A stretch of DNA of 32,000 bases from an uncultured Opitutales bacterium (GCA_934613415.1 CAKTSY010000003.1:210001-242000), one strand, 5' to 3'. Positions 8,254 through 16,066 are shown, counted from the stretch's first letter. The notes: generated by a model from the letters alone, not told the origin. Made by a program: numbers and translations.

Positions 8254-9522
8254 TTAAATATCGTTAAAACGGCATACTTTTGCGCCCAGTTGCGCCAATT
8301 TTTTGTCGATGCTGTCGTAACCGCGGTCGAGATGGTATATTCGGTGTATAATCGTTTCGCCCTTGGCGCACAAAGCCGCAATAAGCAAAGCGGCACTCGC
8401 TCTTAAGTCGGAAGCCATAACATCGGCACCCGAAAGGCGGCTGGGCCCGTGCACTATTGCGCTTGCGCCCTCGCGAGCAATGTCGGCCCCCATTCTAAGA
8501 AGCTCGGCTACATGCATAAATCTTTCAGGGTAAATCTTTTCGGTAATTATGCTATTGCCGCCTATCTGTGTGCATAGCGCGCAAATTTGCGCCTGCAAGT
8601 CGGTCGGGAACCCTGGATACGGCATTGTTACCGTACTTATGGGTTTTAAGTCGGCATTGGTGGCGTCTATATGCAAGTCGTTTTTGCGCCATTCAAACTT
8701 TGCATTGCAAGGCTCTAAAAGGTCTAGCAACGCGCTTAAATGCTCTTTTACTATGCCTTTAACTACAACTTTGCCCTTTGTGGCAAGCGTTGCAATTATC
8801 CAAGTGCCCGCCTCTATTCTGTCGGCAATTACTGTATGCTCGGTGCCGCACAGGCGCGGAACGCCGGTTATTTTAAGAGTCGGGCTGCCTATGCCGTCTA
8901 TAATTGCACCCATACTTTGCAGCATATTGCATAAATCGGCAATTTCGGGCTCGCAGGCCGCGCTTTCTATAACCGTTTCGCCGGGAGCGCAAACGGCGGC
9001 CATAATCATATTTGCAGTGCCTGTTACCGTGCTGCCAAACCTGCCGCCCAAAAACACGGTATTGCCGCGCATTTTCGAGGCATCTACATTAACATAGCCC
9101 GATTCTATAGAGACTTTGCATCTTAAGGCCTTAAGCCCTTTTATATGCAAATCTATAGGGCGCGCCCCTATAACGCAACCGCCCGGCATAGAAACCTTTG
9201 CGGAGCGTTTCCTTGCAACCAAGGGGCCCAAAAGACAAATCGAAGCCCTCATTTTTCTTACCAAGTCGTAGGGGGCAACGTTAGAAATTTCGGAAGCCTG
9301 AATTTCCCAAACTCCCTTTTCAGGGTTTGATATTTTTGCGCCCAACGCCTCTATAATTTGCGCCATATAGCGAACGTCGCTTAAATCGGGCACGTTTCTA
9401 AACACGCACTTTTCGGGCGTCATTAGGGCGGCAACAAAAAGGGGCAAACAAGCGTTCTTAGAACCCGACACTTGCACTTGCCCCCTTAAAGATGCGCCCC
9501 CTTCTATGCGGAGAGCTTCCAT
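8254..9522 (-). CDS. murA: UDP-N-acetylglucosamine 1-carboxyvinyltransferase
   Basis: The N-terminus is LRIEGGASLRGQVQVSGSKNACLPL. The catalytic-Cys loop is MPGGCVIGARPIDLH. Length is 422 aa, typical of MurA. Confidence 0.95.
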   Translation of the reverse strand: MEALRIEGGASLRGQVQVSGSKNACLPLFVAALMTPEKCVFRNVPDLSDVRYMAQIIEALGAKISNPEKGVWEIQASEISNVAPYDLVRKMRASICLLGPLVARKRSAKVSMPGGCVIGARPIDLHIKGLKALRCKVSIESGYVNVDASKMRGNTVFLGGRFGSTVTGTANMIMAAVCAPGETVIESAACEPEIADLCNMLQSMGAIIDGIGSPTLKITGVPRLCGTEHTVIADRIEAGTWIIATLATKGKVVVKGIVKEHLSALLDLLEPCNAKFEWRKNDLHIDATNADLKPISTVTMPYPGFPTDLQAQICALCTQIGGNSIITEKIYPERFMHVAELLRMGADIAREGASAIVHGPSRLSGADVMASDLRASAALLIAALCAKGETIIHRIYHLDRGYDSIDKKLAQLGAKVCRFNDI

Positions 9523-9537
9523 CTTAAAAACTGCGCC

Positions 9538-10203
9538 TTATTGCTCGGCTTTGGGAGCCTGCTGCTGTTGCGGAGCGCGACGTTTAAAGTCGTTGCGGCG
9601 GCGGTTGTTAAAGTTTTTGCCGTTTTTGCGGTAGTTGCCTTTATAGTTGCCGTCTCTGTGGAACTTCTTGTCGCCGTTGCGGTGGAAATTCTTTTTGTTG
9701 TAGCGGTCGTTCTTAAATGTCTTTTGCTTTTTCTTGCCGAATATGTTCGACAAAATTCTCTTTATTCTGGCAAAAAGCCCCTTGTGCTGTTTTTGGGCTT
9801 CCTTGTCTAAAGCCGCGCTTGCCGAAGCGTACGAAACCGCGCCTTTTGCGATATTTTCGTGCTTGGCGGGCATTTTTTTAAGGCCTACCTCCAAGGTTCT
9901 GTTTTGCGAATCGGCCTCTTCAAATTCGGGACCTTCGCGTTCGGGAGTTTCCGAAACAGACTGCGAAACTTCGTCGGAATTTGAATTTTGTTCGTCCGAA
10001 ACGCTTTCTACAACTTCAACTTTTTGTTGTTCTTCAACTTCGTAGCCTTTAGTATGTTGGCCGCTAAGTTTTTCGGAGAATGTGCTTATGTCGTCTATCA
10101 CGCCGCATACGGGAGCGGAATTTGCCGCAATTTTAGATTGGCTGCGGCGTTTGTTGCGGCCGTTGCCGTGAAATGCGGGCTGCGTATTTGTGCTGTCTTC
10201 CAT
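9538..10203 (-). CDS. Hypothetical protein, predicted mostly disordered (basic-acidic-amphipathic-basic layout)
   Basis: This 221-aa ORF ends 15 nt upstream of the murA start on the same strand. Its composition is strongly segmental (see findings). I recognise no family. Confidence 0.55.
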   Translation of the reverse strand: MEDSTNTQPAFHGNGRNKRRSQSKIAANSAPVCGVIDDISTFSEKLSGQHTKGYEVEEQQKVEVVESVSDEQNSNSDEVSQSVSETPEREGPEFEEADSQNRTLEVGLKKMPAKHENIAKGAVSYASASAALDKEAQKQHKGLFARIKRILSNIFGKKKQKTFKNDRYNKKNFHRNGDKKFHRDGNYKGNYRKNGKNFNNRRRNDFKRRAPQQQQAPKAEQ

Positions 10204-10458
10204 GTTAGTTGTGCTTTTGATGTGTGTGCCGGCTTTTATTGTTATATATGTATGGCAATATAGTTCTTGTGCCTATGTGCAGGCTAACGCCAACGCAGTT
10301 TTAAGCCGGCTCGAAAACTGCGCAATAATAAGACGAAACCCGACGGATGAGGTATGGGAGAAAAGCCCTTTTGGGCAAACGGATATTCGCCGTAGATTTA
10401 TGAGAGCATATTTTGGCAATGAATACAACATATTTTTTGTTGCTCCGCTCAAAAAGTC

Positions 10459-10486
10459 TTGACTGCACTGCCAATTTATAGAGAAT
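10459..10486 (+). promoter_or_regulatory. Possible sigma70-type promoter for tRNA-Gly
   Basis: TTGACT (10459-10464), a 16-nt spacer, then GAGAAT (10481-10486). It lies about 19 nt upstream of the tRNA 5' end. Confidence 0.3.
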
Positions 10487-10504
10487 CTGCCTTTTAAAAA
10501 TAAT

Positions 10505-10575
10505 AAGCGAGCATAGTTTAGTGGTAAAACCCCTGCCTTCCAAGCAGGTTACGTCAGTTCGATTCTGTCTGCTCG
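10505..10575 (+). tRNA. tRNA-Gly (anticodon TCC)
   Basis: The sequence folds by hand into a cloverleaf:
- Acceptor stem GCGAGCA/TGCTCGC.
- D stem GTTT/AAAC.
- Anticodon stem CCTGC/GCAGG with loop CTTCCAA.
- 4-nt variable loop.
- T arm GTCAG-TTCGATT-CTGTC, with a U50:U64 mismatch.

CCA is not encoded. Confidence 0.9.
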
Positions 10576-10730
10576 CATTTTTTGTGCCCGAATATTGCCG
10601 AATATTTTTGTTCTAGTAAACCTCCTGCCCTTTTGTGGCAGCAAAGATGCGGCAAACATAGAACATTTCAAAGGCATTTTTGCGCTTCTTATTTGTTGAC
10701 GTATTTTTCTAAAGCTATTAACTGCCTGGT

Positions 10731-11423
10731 ATGATAAAGTTTTTTACGGCACTATTTTTAAGCGTTGCATCTTGCGCGCTTTATGCAGACAAAATAAACG
10801 AAAACGACTGGCGTTTTGAATACCCCTCTTACGGGGTAAAATACGACAGCGGCTTTGTAAGATTTTTGGGCAACGACGACACCGACTCTTTTCTTTTTTA
10901 CAACGAGGCAAACTTTGCGCGCCTAACGCAGGGCTTTTCGGCCACAATAGAGCTGCCAAGCGCAATGACCGACGCAGGCTCGGTTTTTCAGGCACAATTT
11001 ATGGGCACTGGCGGCAGCTCCGACTGGATAAAGTGGAACGCAACTTTTTATAGCGACTTGCTTGTAGTTTTAATAACCGCCTCCGACGGCTCGTCTTTAG
11101 AAAAAGATATTCCCCTTATTTCTCAGCCGCAAGAGCGCTTTAACTTGTCGTTTTCGCTGACAAAGGATAGCTCCGGCGCATTTTCCGCAACGCTTTCTAC
11201 ATTAGACGAAACATTCGACTTAAACAGCATTGCGCTTTCGGGAATGTCGCAGGGCGAATTCGGCATTGGCATTAACGGGCAAAAATTTGAAATGGACAAA
11301 GACAACCCGCTTCTTACCGATTTTTCGTATGCAGTAGGCACTGTGCCAGAGCCCTCTGCAATAGGCGCAATATGCGGAGTTTTTGCCCTTTTGCTTTTTA
11401 TATATAACAAAAATCGCAACTAA
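10731..11423 (+). CDS. PEP-CTERM sorting-signal protein
   Basis: The N-terminal signal peptide is MIKFFTALFLSVASCALYA. The C-terminus is VPEPSAIGAICGVFALLLFIYNKNRN: a PEP motif, a hydrophobic helix and a basic tail. Confidence 0.8.
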   Translation: MIKFFTALFLSVASCALYADKINENDWRFEYPSYGVKYDSGFVRFLGNDDTDSFLFYNEANFARLTQGFSATIELPSAMTDAGSVFQAQFMGTGGSSDWIKWNATFYSDLLVVLITASDGSSLEKDIPLISQPQERFNLSFSLTKDSSGAFSATLSTLDETFDLNSIALSGMSQGEFGIGINGQKFEMDKDNPLLTDFSYAVGTVPEPSAIGAICGVFALLLFIYNKNRN

Positions 11424-11428
11424 TATTT

Positions 11429-11452
11429 GGGCGTTTTATTGCGCCCTTTTTT
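11429..11452 (+). terminator. Rho-independent terminator for the PEP-CTERM gene
   Basis: GGGCG, 8-nt loop, CGCCC, followed by TTTTTT. It overlaps the 3' end of the convergent gene. Confidence 0.5.
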
Positions 11453-12482
11453 GCGGCTTTACTAGTTTTGTTTGTTTTATTGCGTCTATTTCCTCTACCG
11501 AGTTGGGCAATGTTTTATAGGCTGCGTTTTCGGGTATATCAAATTCCTTAAAAGAATTTACCACAACGCAGCGCATAAGTTTTAGCACCCTATTTTTTAC
11601 CGCGGCTTTTGTGCCCGTAAAAAATCCTTCGGGCTTTTTGCGGAATATAGTTTCGGTGGCTATTGCGTAGCGTTTTTTGTCGAGCATTAAAAAGCTAGAA
11701 TACTTTAAATCGGGGCTTCTTTTGCTATACATATTAAGTTGAGCAATGGCCACAAACACGGTTTTTGTATCGGTAAACGGGGCGGCCGATGCAACAATGT
11801 CTAAAACGTAGCCGAAAAGCTCGCCCGCATACTGCTTTCTTTCGGGGTCGAAATTCGCCATTAAATCGTTAGGGTCTAGCTGCATTGGGGTTAGCACGTT
11901 TACAGACAATCCGCTTTCCTCCTCTAGCTTTAGTGAAACCTCGTTTGCCAAATCGGGCGACAGCGGCAAAAACGTGGCAATGCAAATGTCCGAAATTCTT
12001 TCGGCGCGTTCGTATCCGCTTTCCATCTTAAAGTGCGCAGAAAAAATCTTGTAGCCTACAAACAATGCAACAACCGACAGCAACACAGCATAGAATATTG
12101 CGGCATTTCTGCTGCTTTTTGCAATATTGCCCTCCGTATTACCGGGTGTTTCGTTAAACGCTTTTGTTTGCAAAAACGAAGTTAGCGAAAAATATTCGGT
12201 GTCTATAAAAGCAACATCGCACTCTTTTATTGAAAAAAGCTTTTTGTAGGAAATTTGAACAAACATAAGCTTTTTTTGCGAGTTAACCGAAATATTAAAA
12301 ACCAGCTTTCTTTTAACGAACGCAAACACCGTCTTTTCGGCGACATAATACATATTGCCTTCGCTGTCGCTGTTCGACGAAATATTTGCATAGCCCCTGC
12401 GCGAAAAATATTCCATTATGCGCTCGTTTACATTTTCGCAGTTTTCAAGGCTAAATTGGTTTTGAAATAGGTATATTGCCAT
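11436..12482 (-). CDS. Single-pass membrane protein with a C-terminal archaemetzincin-like domain lacking HExxH
   Basis: 348 aa with one TM helix (AAIFYAVLLSVVALFVGYKIF, about aa 126-147). The C-terminal domain shows motifs in the order I recall for peptidase M54: LEEESG, FDPERKQY and PNSVEEID. The position of the zinc motif reads KLMRCVVVNSF. Confidence 0.65.
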   Translation of the reverse strand: MAIYLFQNQFSLENCENVNERIMEYFSRRGYANISSNSDSEGNMYYVAEKTVFAFVKRKLVFNISVNSQKKLMFVQISYKKLFSIKECDVAFIDTEYFSLTSFLQTKAFNETPGNTEGNIAKSSRNAAIFYAVLLSVVALFVGYKIFSAHFKMESGYERAERISDICIATFLPLSPDLANEVSLKLEEESGLSVNVLTPMQLDPNDLMANFDPERKQYAGELFGYVLDIVASAAPFTDTKTVFVAIAQLNMYSKRSPDLKYSSFLMLDKKRYAIATETIFRKKPEGFFTGTKAAVKNRVLKLMRCVVVNSFKEFDIPENAAYKTLPNSVEEIDAIKQTKLVKPQKRAQ

Positions 12483-12510
12483 ATAATGTTGCAGTGTGTA
12501 TTTGCGATTT

Positions 12511-12540
12511 TTGCAAGAATTATGCGGCTTGCAAGAATTA
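12511..12540. repeat. 12-bp perfect direct repeat TTGCAAGAATTA, two copies at 18-bp period (candidate operator)
   Basis: Copies lie at 12511-12522 and 12529-12540. They sit in the divergent intergenic region between the 11436..12482 gene and rubrerythrin. Each copy contains the palindrome TTGCAA. Confidence 0.35.
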
Positions 12541-12565
12541 AAACGGAGCAGGGCAAAGATTTTTA

Positions 12566-12593
12566 TTGACAGTTATTGTTAAAGATTTACATT
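12566..12593 (+). promoter_or_regulatory. Possible sigma70-type promoter for rubrerythrin
   Basis: TTGACA (12566-12571), a 16-nt spacer, then TACATT (12588-12593). It lies about 48 nt upstream of the ATG. Confidence 0.35.
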
Positions 12594-12641
12594 TAGCAAA
12601 CATAAACATACGGCGTTTTGCCGGACAACAGAAAGACAGAT

Positions 12642-13181
12642 ATGAATATAAAAGGCACAAAAACCGAACAAAACTTAATGGCGGCATTTGCGGGCGAATC
12701 GCAGGCGCGCAACAAATACACCTACTTTGCATCGAAGGCCAAAAAAGAGGGCTTTGTGCAAATCGCCGCAATTTTCGAGGAAACCGCCGCCAACGAAAAA
12801 GAGCACGCGAAAATCTGGTTTAAACTTTTAAACGGCGGCGAAATAGCCTCTACAAAAGAAAACCTAAAAGCTGCCGCCAGCGGCGAAAACTACGAATGGA
12901 CCGATATGTACGCCCAATTCGCAAAAGAGGCAAAAGAAGAGGGCTTCGACAAAATCGCAACGCTTTTTGAAGAAGTAGGCAAAATAGAAAAGGAGCACGA
13001 AGAGCGCTACCTTAAGCTTTTAAAGAACCTTGAAACAAACAAGGTATTCGAAAAGGAAGAGGAAGTTGTTTGGGAATGTTCCAACTGCGGACACATTGTT
13101 AAAGGCAAAAGCGCCCCGCAGGTTTGCCCCGTTTGCAACCACCCCATTGCCTACTTTAAAGTTAGGGCAACAAACTACTAA
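12642..13181 (+). CDS. rbr: Rubrerythrin
   Basis: The diiron four-helix motifs are [38 protein letters not shown] and IEKEHEERY. The C-terminal rubredoxin-like domain carries CSNCGH...CPVCNHP. The ATG at 12642 is preferred over the track's TTG at 12618. Confidence 0.9.
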
Positions 13182-13215
13182 TTTTTGCGCTTGCAGATTT
13201 TGCGTTGCGTTAAGG

Positions 13216-13247
13216 CGTCCCGAAATAATTTTCGGGGCGTTTTTTTG
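13216..13247 (+). terminator. Rho-independent terminator after rubrerythrin
   Basis: A 10-bp stem pairs CGTCCCGAAA with TTTCGGGGCG (one G:U pair, 4-nt loop). TTTTTTT follows. Confidence 0.75.
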
Positions 13248-13295
13248 TAAATATATTTGCCAAGCTTTGTTTTTATATTTATCAAAACTTGCGTT

Positions 13296-15167
13296 ATGAA
13301 AAAGTTACTATGTATATTGACGGGAGTTTGCCTTTCGCTTACCGCGCTCGCAAAAGATTTTGCGACACTAGAAATAAAAAAGTTTGACGGGAAAATTATG
13401 AAAAAGGAAATACCCGTCGAAAAAATTTCGGACACGCAATCGAGGGTAAGGGTTGCAAAGGAATTGATAAACGACAACGCCGAATATGTTAAAGTGTTCC
13501 CAAGCTGGGCAACGGCAAACAAGGGCGACGAAGGCTATTGGGTTTTCGGCCGCGGCATTTACGGCGAATTTAAGCACGACAACGGCGTGTTCCACGCCGG
13601 AGGCTGGAATATGTATATGCCGGTTTTCGGTATGAAAACCCCTCAAAGAACCTGGTGCGGAATAATCACGGGGCTTGATTTGGAATATTCGATTTGCATG
13701 GCGGCCATAAACGGCAAATATACCCTAGATGTGCGTTTGGTAACCATACCCAAAAAACTGGGCAAGGCCTACGAAGACTTGGTTATAGACTTTTACGAGC
13801 TTAAGGGCGAAGATGCAAACTATTCGGGAATGGGCAGGCTTTACCGCAAATACCAACTGCAGCGCGGCATTGTTAAACCCATAAAGGAAAGGGCGAAAGA
13901 ATACCCCAACCTGCTCTATCAGGCAGACACGTTCGACATAAGGCTTCAGTTCCACGCGGCAAAGCCGTGGATGGACGACAAGTACGGCTACAACGCAGGC
14001 GACCGCTCCATTCCCGACCAAACCCCCGAAACCGAACCTAAAGTGGAGGTGTTTTTGTCGTTTAAAGACTCCATAAAGTATCTCGAAAAAATGAAGGAGT
14101 CTGGCATAGACAAAATGGAAATCTGCTCGGCCGGCTGGACTACCAAAGGCTACGACGGCAGGTATCCTTCTCTATTTCCCGTATGCGAGGAAGCGGGCGG
14201 CGAACAGGGCCTGCGCGAATTGATAAAGCGAGCAAAAGAGCTTGGTTATAAAATTCACGGGCACGCCGCAAATATGCCTGCGGTAAAAATTTCGCCCCGC
14301 TACAACGACAGCTATATGGCACGCGACTGGAAGGGCGATTTTGTTCCCCATATGAACGAAAGAGGCGGCAAGGCAAACAGAGTGTGCCTTAAGCAAACCT
14401 GGGAAATGTGGGTAAAGGAAGACCTCGACAAAATGGCAGATCTGGGCTTTTACGGCTCGCACTACATAGACGTATTTTCGGCGGTAGTTCCCCACAACTG
14501 CATGTCTAAAGAACACCCCTGCACAAGGAAGGAAAGCGCGTATTACCAAAACCTTACGCTTGCGTATGCCAAAAAGGTTATGGGTGGTGCTTCGTCGGAA
14601 TCGGGCTTCGACCACGTTATAGGCAATATAGACTACATAAACTATGTTTCGAACGTAATGAAAATTTACGAAGAAAGCAAAGAAGAACCCGAAGGCTCGG
14701 TACTACGCAAAAAATATGCGCTAGTAGACGGCATTGTGCCACTCTGGGAAATTGCATATCACGGCATAGTTTTGTATAATCCCGATAGATACACCCAAAA
14801 CCACACTCTGGGCAAAGTGGGAAAGCACGAAAACAGCTCTATGCTTGACTTTTCCGACAAAGAAAAGGGGGCGGTAGACCCAAAAATTGCACTAAAGCTT
14901 GTGGAATTCGGCGGCAGACCCATTTTCTACACCTTCAAGATGTCGGATATTCCCGCAATTAAAAAGGCGTACGACGAATTCCAGCCCGTAAAATATCTGC
15001 AAACGGAATTTATGGAAAGCCACACAAAAGTTGCCGACAATGTATACAGCGTAAAATATTCGGACGGCAGCGAAATTGTGTGCAACTACAACGACACCGC
15101 CTACGTTTACGGCAACATAAAGGTAAACCCCGCTTCGTATGCAATTATAAAGCATAAAAAACAATAG
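13296..15167 (+). CDS. Large secreted protein, possibly a glycoside-hydrolase-like barrel; family not assigned
   Basis: Start is taken at ATG 13296 (MKKLLCILTGVCLSLTALA, then KDF). The central segment GIDKMEICSAGWTTKGYDGRYPSLFPVCEEAGGEQGLRELIKRAKELGYKI resembles the beta3-beta4 region of (beta/alpha)8 glycosidases. I recognise no named family with confidence. Confidence 0.7.
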   Translation: MKKLLCILTGVCLSLTALAKDFATLEIKKFDGKIMKKEIPVEKISDTQSRVRVAKELINDNAEYVKVFPSWATANKGDEGYWVFGRGIYGEFKHDNGVFHAGGWNMYMPVFGMKTPQRTWCGIITGLDLEYSICMAAINGKYTLDVRLVTIPKKLGKAYEDLVIDFYELKGEDANYSGMGRLYRKYQLQRGIVKPIKERAKEYPNLLYQADTFDIRLQFHAAKPWMDDKYGYNAGDRSIPDQTPETEPKVEVFLSFKDSIKYLEKMKESGIDKMEICSAGWTTKGYDGRYPSLFPVCEEAGGEQGLRELIKRAKELGYKIHGHAANMPAVKISPRYNDSYMARDWKGDFVPHMNERGGKANRVCLKQTWEMWVKEDLDKMADLGFYGSHYIDVFSAVVPHNCMSKEHPCTRKESAYYQNLTLAYAKKVMGGASSESGFDHVIGNIDYINYVSNVMKIYEESKEEPEGSVLRKKYALVDGIVPLWEIAYHGIVLYNPDRYTQNHTLGKVGKHENSSMLDFSDKEKGAVDPKIALKLVEFGGRPIFYTFKMSDIPAIKKAYDEFQPVKYLQTEFMESHTKVADNVYSVKYSDGSEIVCNYNDTAYVYGNIKVNPASYAIIKHKKQ

Positions 15168-15250
15168 TCTTTTACTTGCAAAAATTCCGATTAAAAGGCG
15201 GCGGCGCAAACCCGCGCCTCTTTTATCAACAACAAAATCCCTCGTAAAAA

Positions 15251-15661
15251 ATGGCAACGACAAAAAAACTGTTTTTAATTCTTGCGCTTTTGCCGCTTTT
15301 TGGCTGCACCAGCACAAGCACCACAAAGCAAAATTCGCAGATACCCGTGCAAACGCTTAACGGCAGCGAAAACGGACAAATTCTGGTAAGCAACTACGGC
15401 TACTACCTTTTCAACTGCATTCCGCTTTTTTGCGGCGGCAAAGAAGAAGATTCTCTTTCGTTTTTTAGCGACAATGTAAATATAGATAAAGCCATGCAGT
15501 GTTTGTCTAAAAAGTGTGAGCAACTTAACGTAAAAAACGTTGCCGACATACAGGCAACAACAAGCTCTACCTGCTTTTTGTCGTGGGTGCCAACAATAGG
15601 CAGCACGCTGGGCATATATTGGTATAAGCAAGTGCAAATATCGGCGGTAGTAGAAAGGTAG
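15251..15661 (+). CDS. Small Cys-rich lipoprotein, paralog A (possibly Bor-like)
   Basis: The signal peptide and lipobox are LLPLFGC. It shares the motif NYGYYLF-xx-(I/V)PLF-x-G and the overall layout with the next gene. Confidence 0.75.
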   Translation: MATTKKLFLILALLPLFGCTSTSTTKQNSQIPVQTLNGSENGQILVSNYGYYLFNCIPLFCGGKEEDSLSFFSDNVNIDKAMQCLSKKCEQLNVKNVADIQATTSSTCFLSWVPTIGSTLGIYWYKQVQISAVVER

Positions 15662-15664
15662 TTT

Positions 15665-16066
15665 ATGAAGAAATTTTTTGTTATTGTTTTGCCGTTTGTT
15701 GCAGCACTGCTTGCCGGATGTGCTACAACCGAAACCACAAAGGCTCTAAATGGAATTTGCACTGTAAACGGCTGCGAAACAACCGGCACAATTTGCGCCG
15801 AAAACTACGGATATTATCTATTTTCGGTTGTTCCGCTTTTTGCCGGCAACCCCGAAAAACCCAACCAAACAAGTATGTGCATTTTTAAAGATACCGTAAC
15901 CTTGGAAAACAACAAAAAGATGATAGACAAAGAAGCGAAAAAGCTTGGCGGCGGAATGCTCTGCAACCTGCAAAACAGCGTAGACTGGACAGGCTCGTTT
16001 TCGCTTTGGATAATCTGGAAACAGGTTTTGCATTCGAACGCAACCGTAATTAAACAGGACAAATAG
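15665..16066 (+). CDS. Small Cys-rich lipoprotein, paralog B (possibly Bor-like)
   Basis: It starts 3 nt after paralog A's stop and is preceded by AAAGG. The lipobox is LLAGC. It carries the same ENYGYYLFSVVPLFAG core. Confidence 0.75.
   Translation: MKKFFVIVLPFVAALLAGCATTETTKALNGICTVNGCETTGTICAENYGYYLFSVVPLFAGNPEKPNQTSMCIFKDTVTLENNKKMIDKEAKKLGGGMLCNLQNSVDWTGSFSLWIIWKQVLHSNATVIKQDK

Noticed and set aside
8549-9097. 182-aa plus-strand ORF inside murA.
   Set aside because: It is antisense to an unambiguous murA. It has no motifs and a low-complexity hydrophobic composition.
9541-9720. Imperfect short nucleotide repeats (GTTGCCGT-like units); considered as a possible repeat array.
   Set aside because: They are in-frame and encode the N/G/K/F/H/R quasi-repeats of the basic tail. 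There are no spacers and no CRISPR-like regular periodicity.
10190-10462. 90-aa ORF with a hydrophobic N-terminus in the murA-upstream/tRNA-Gly spacer.
   Set aside because: It has an alternative start that overlaps the start of the opposite-strand gene, no Shine-Dalgarno sequence and no recognisable family. I list it only as a possibility in the findings, not as a feature.
10505-10575. The tRNA genes (this one and 19874-19946) as possible integration sites of a genomic island.
   Set aside because: No integrase, recombinase or phage gene is present in the window. I saw no duplicated copy of either tRNA 3' end that would mark an attachment site.
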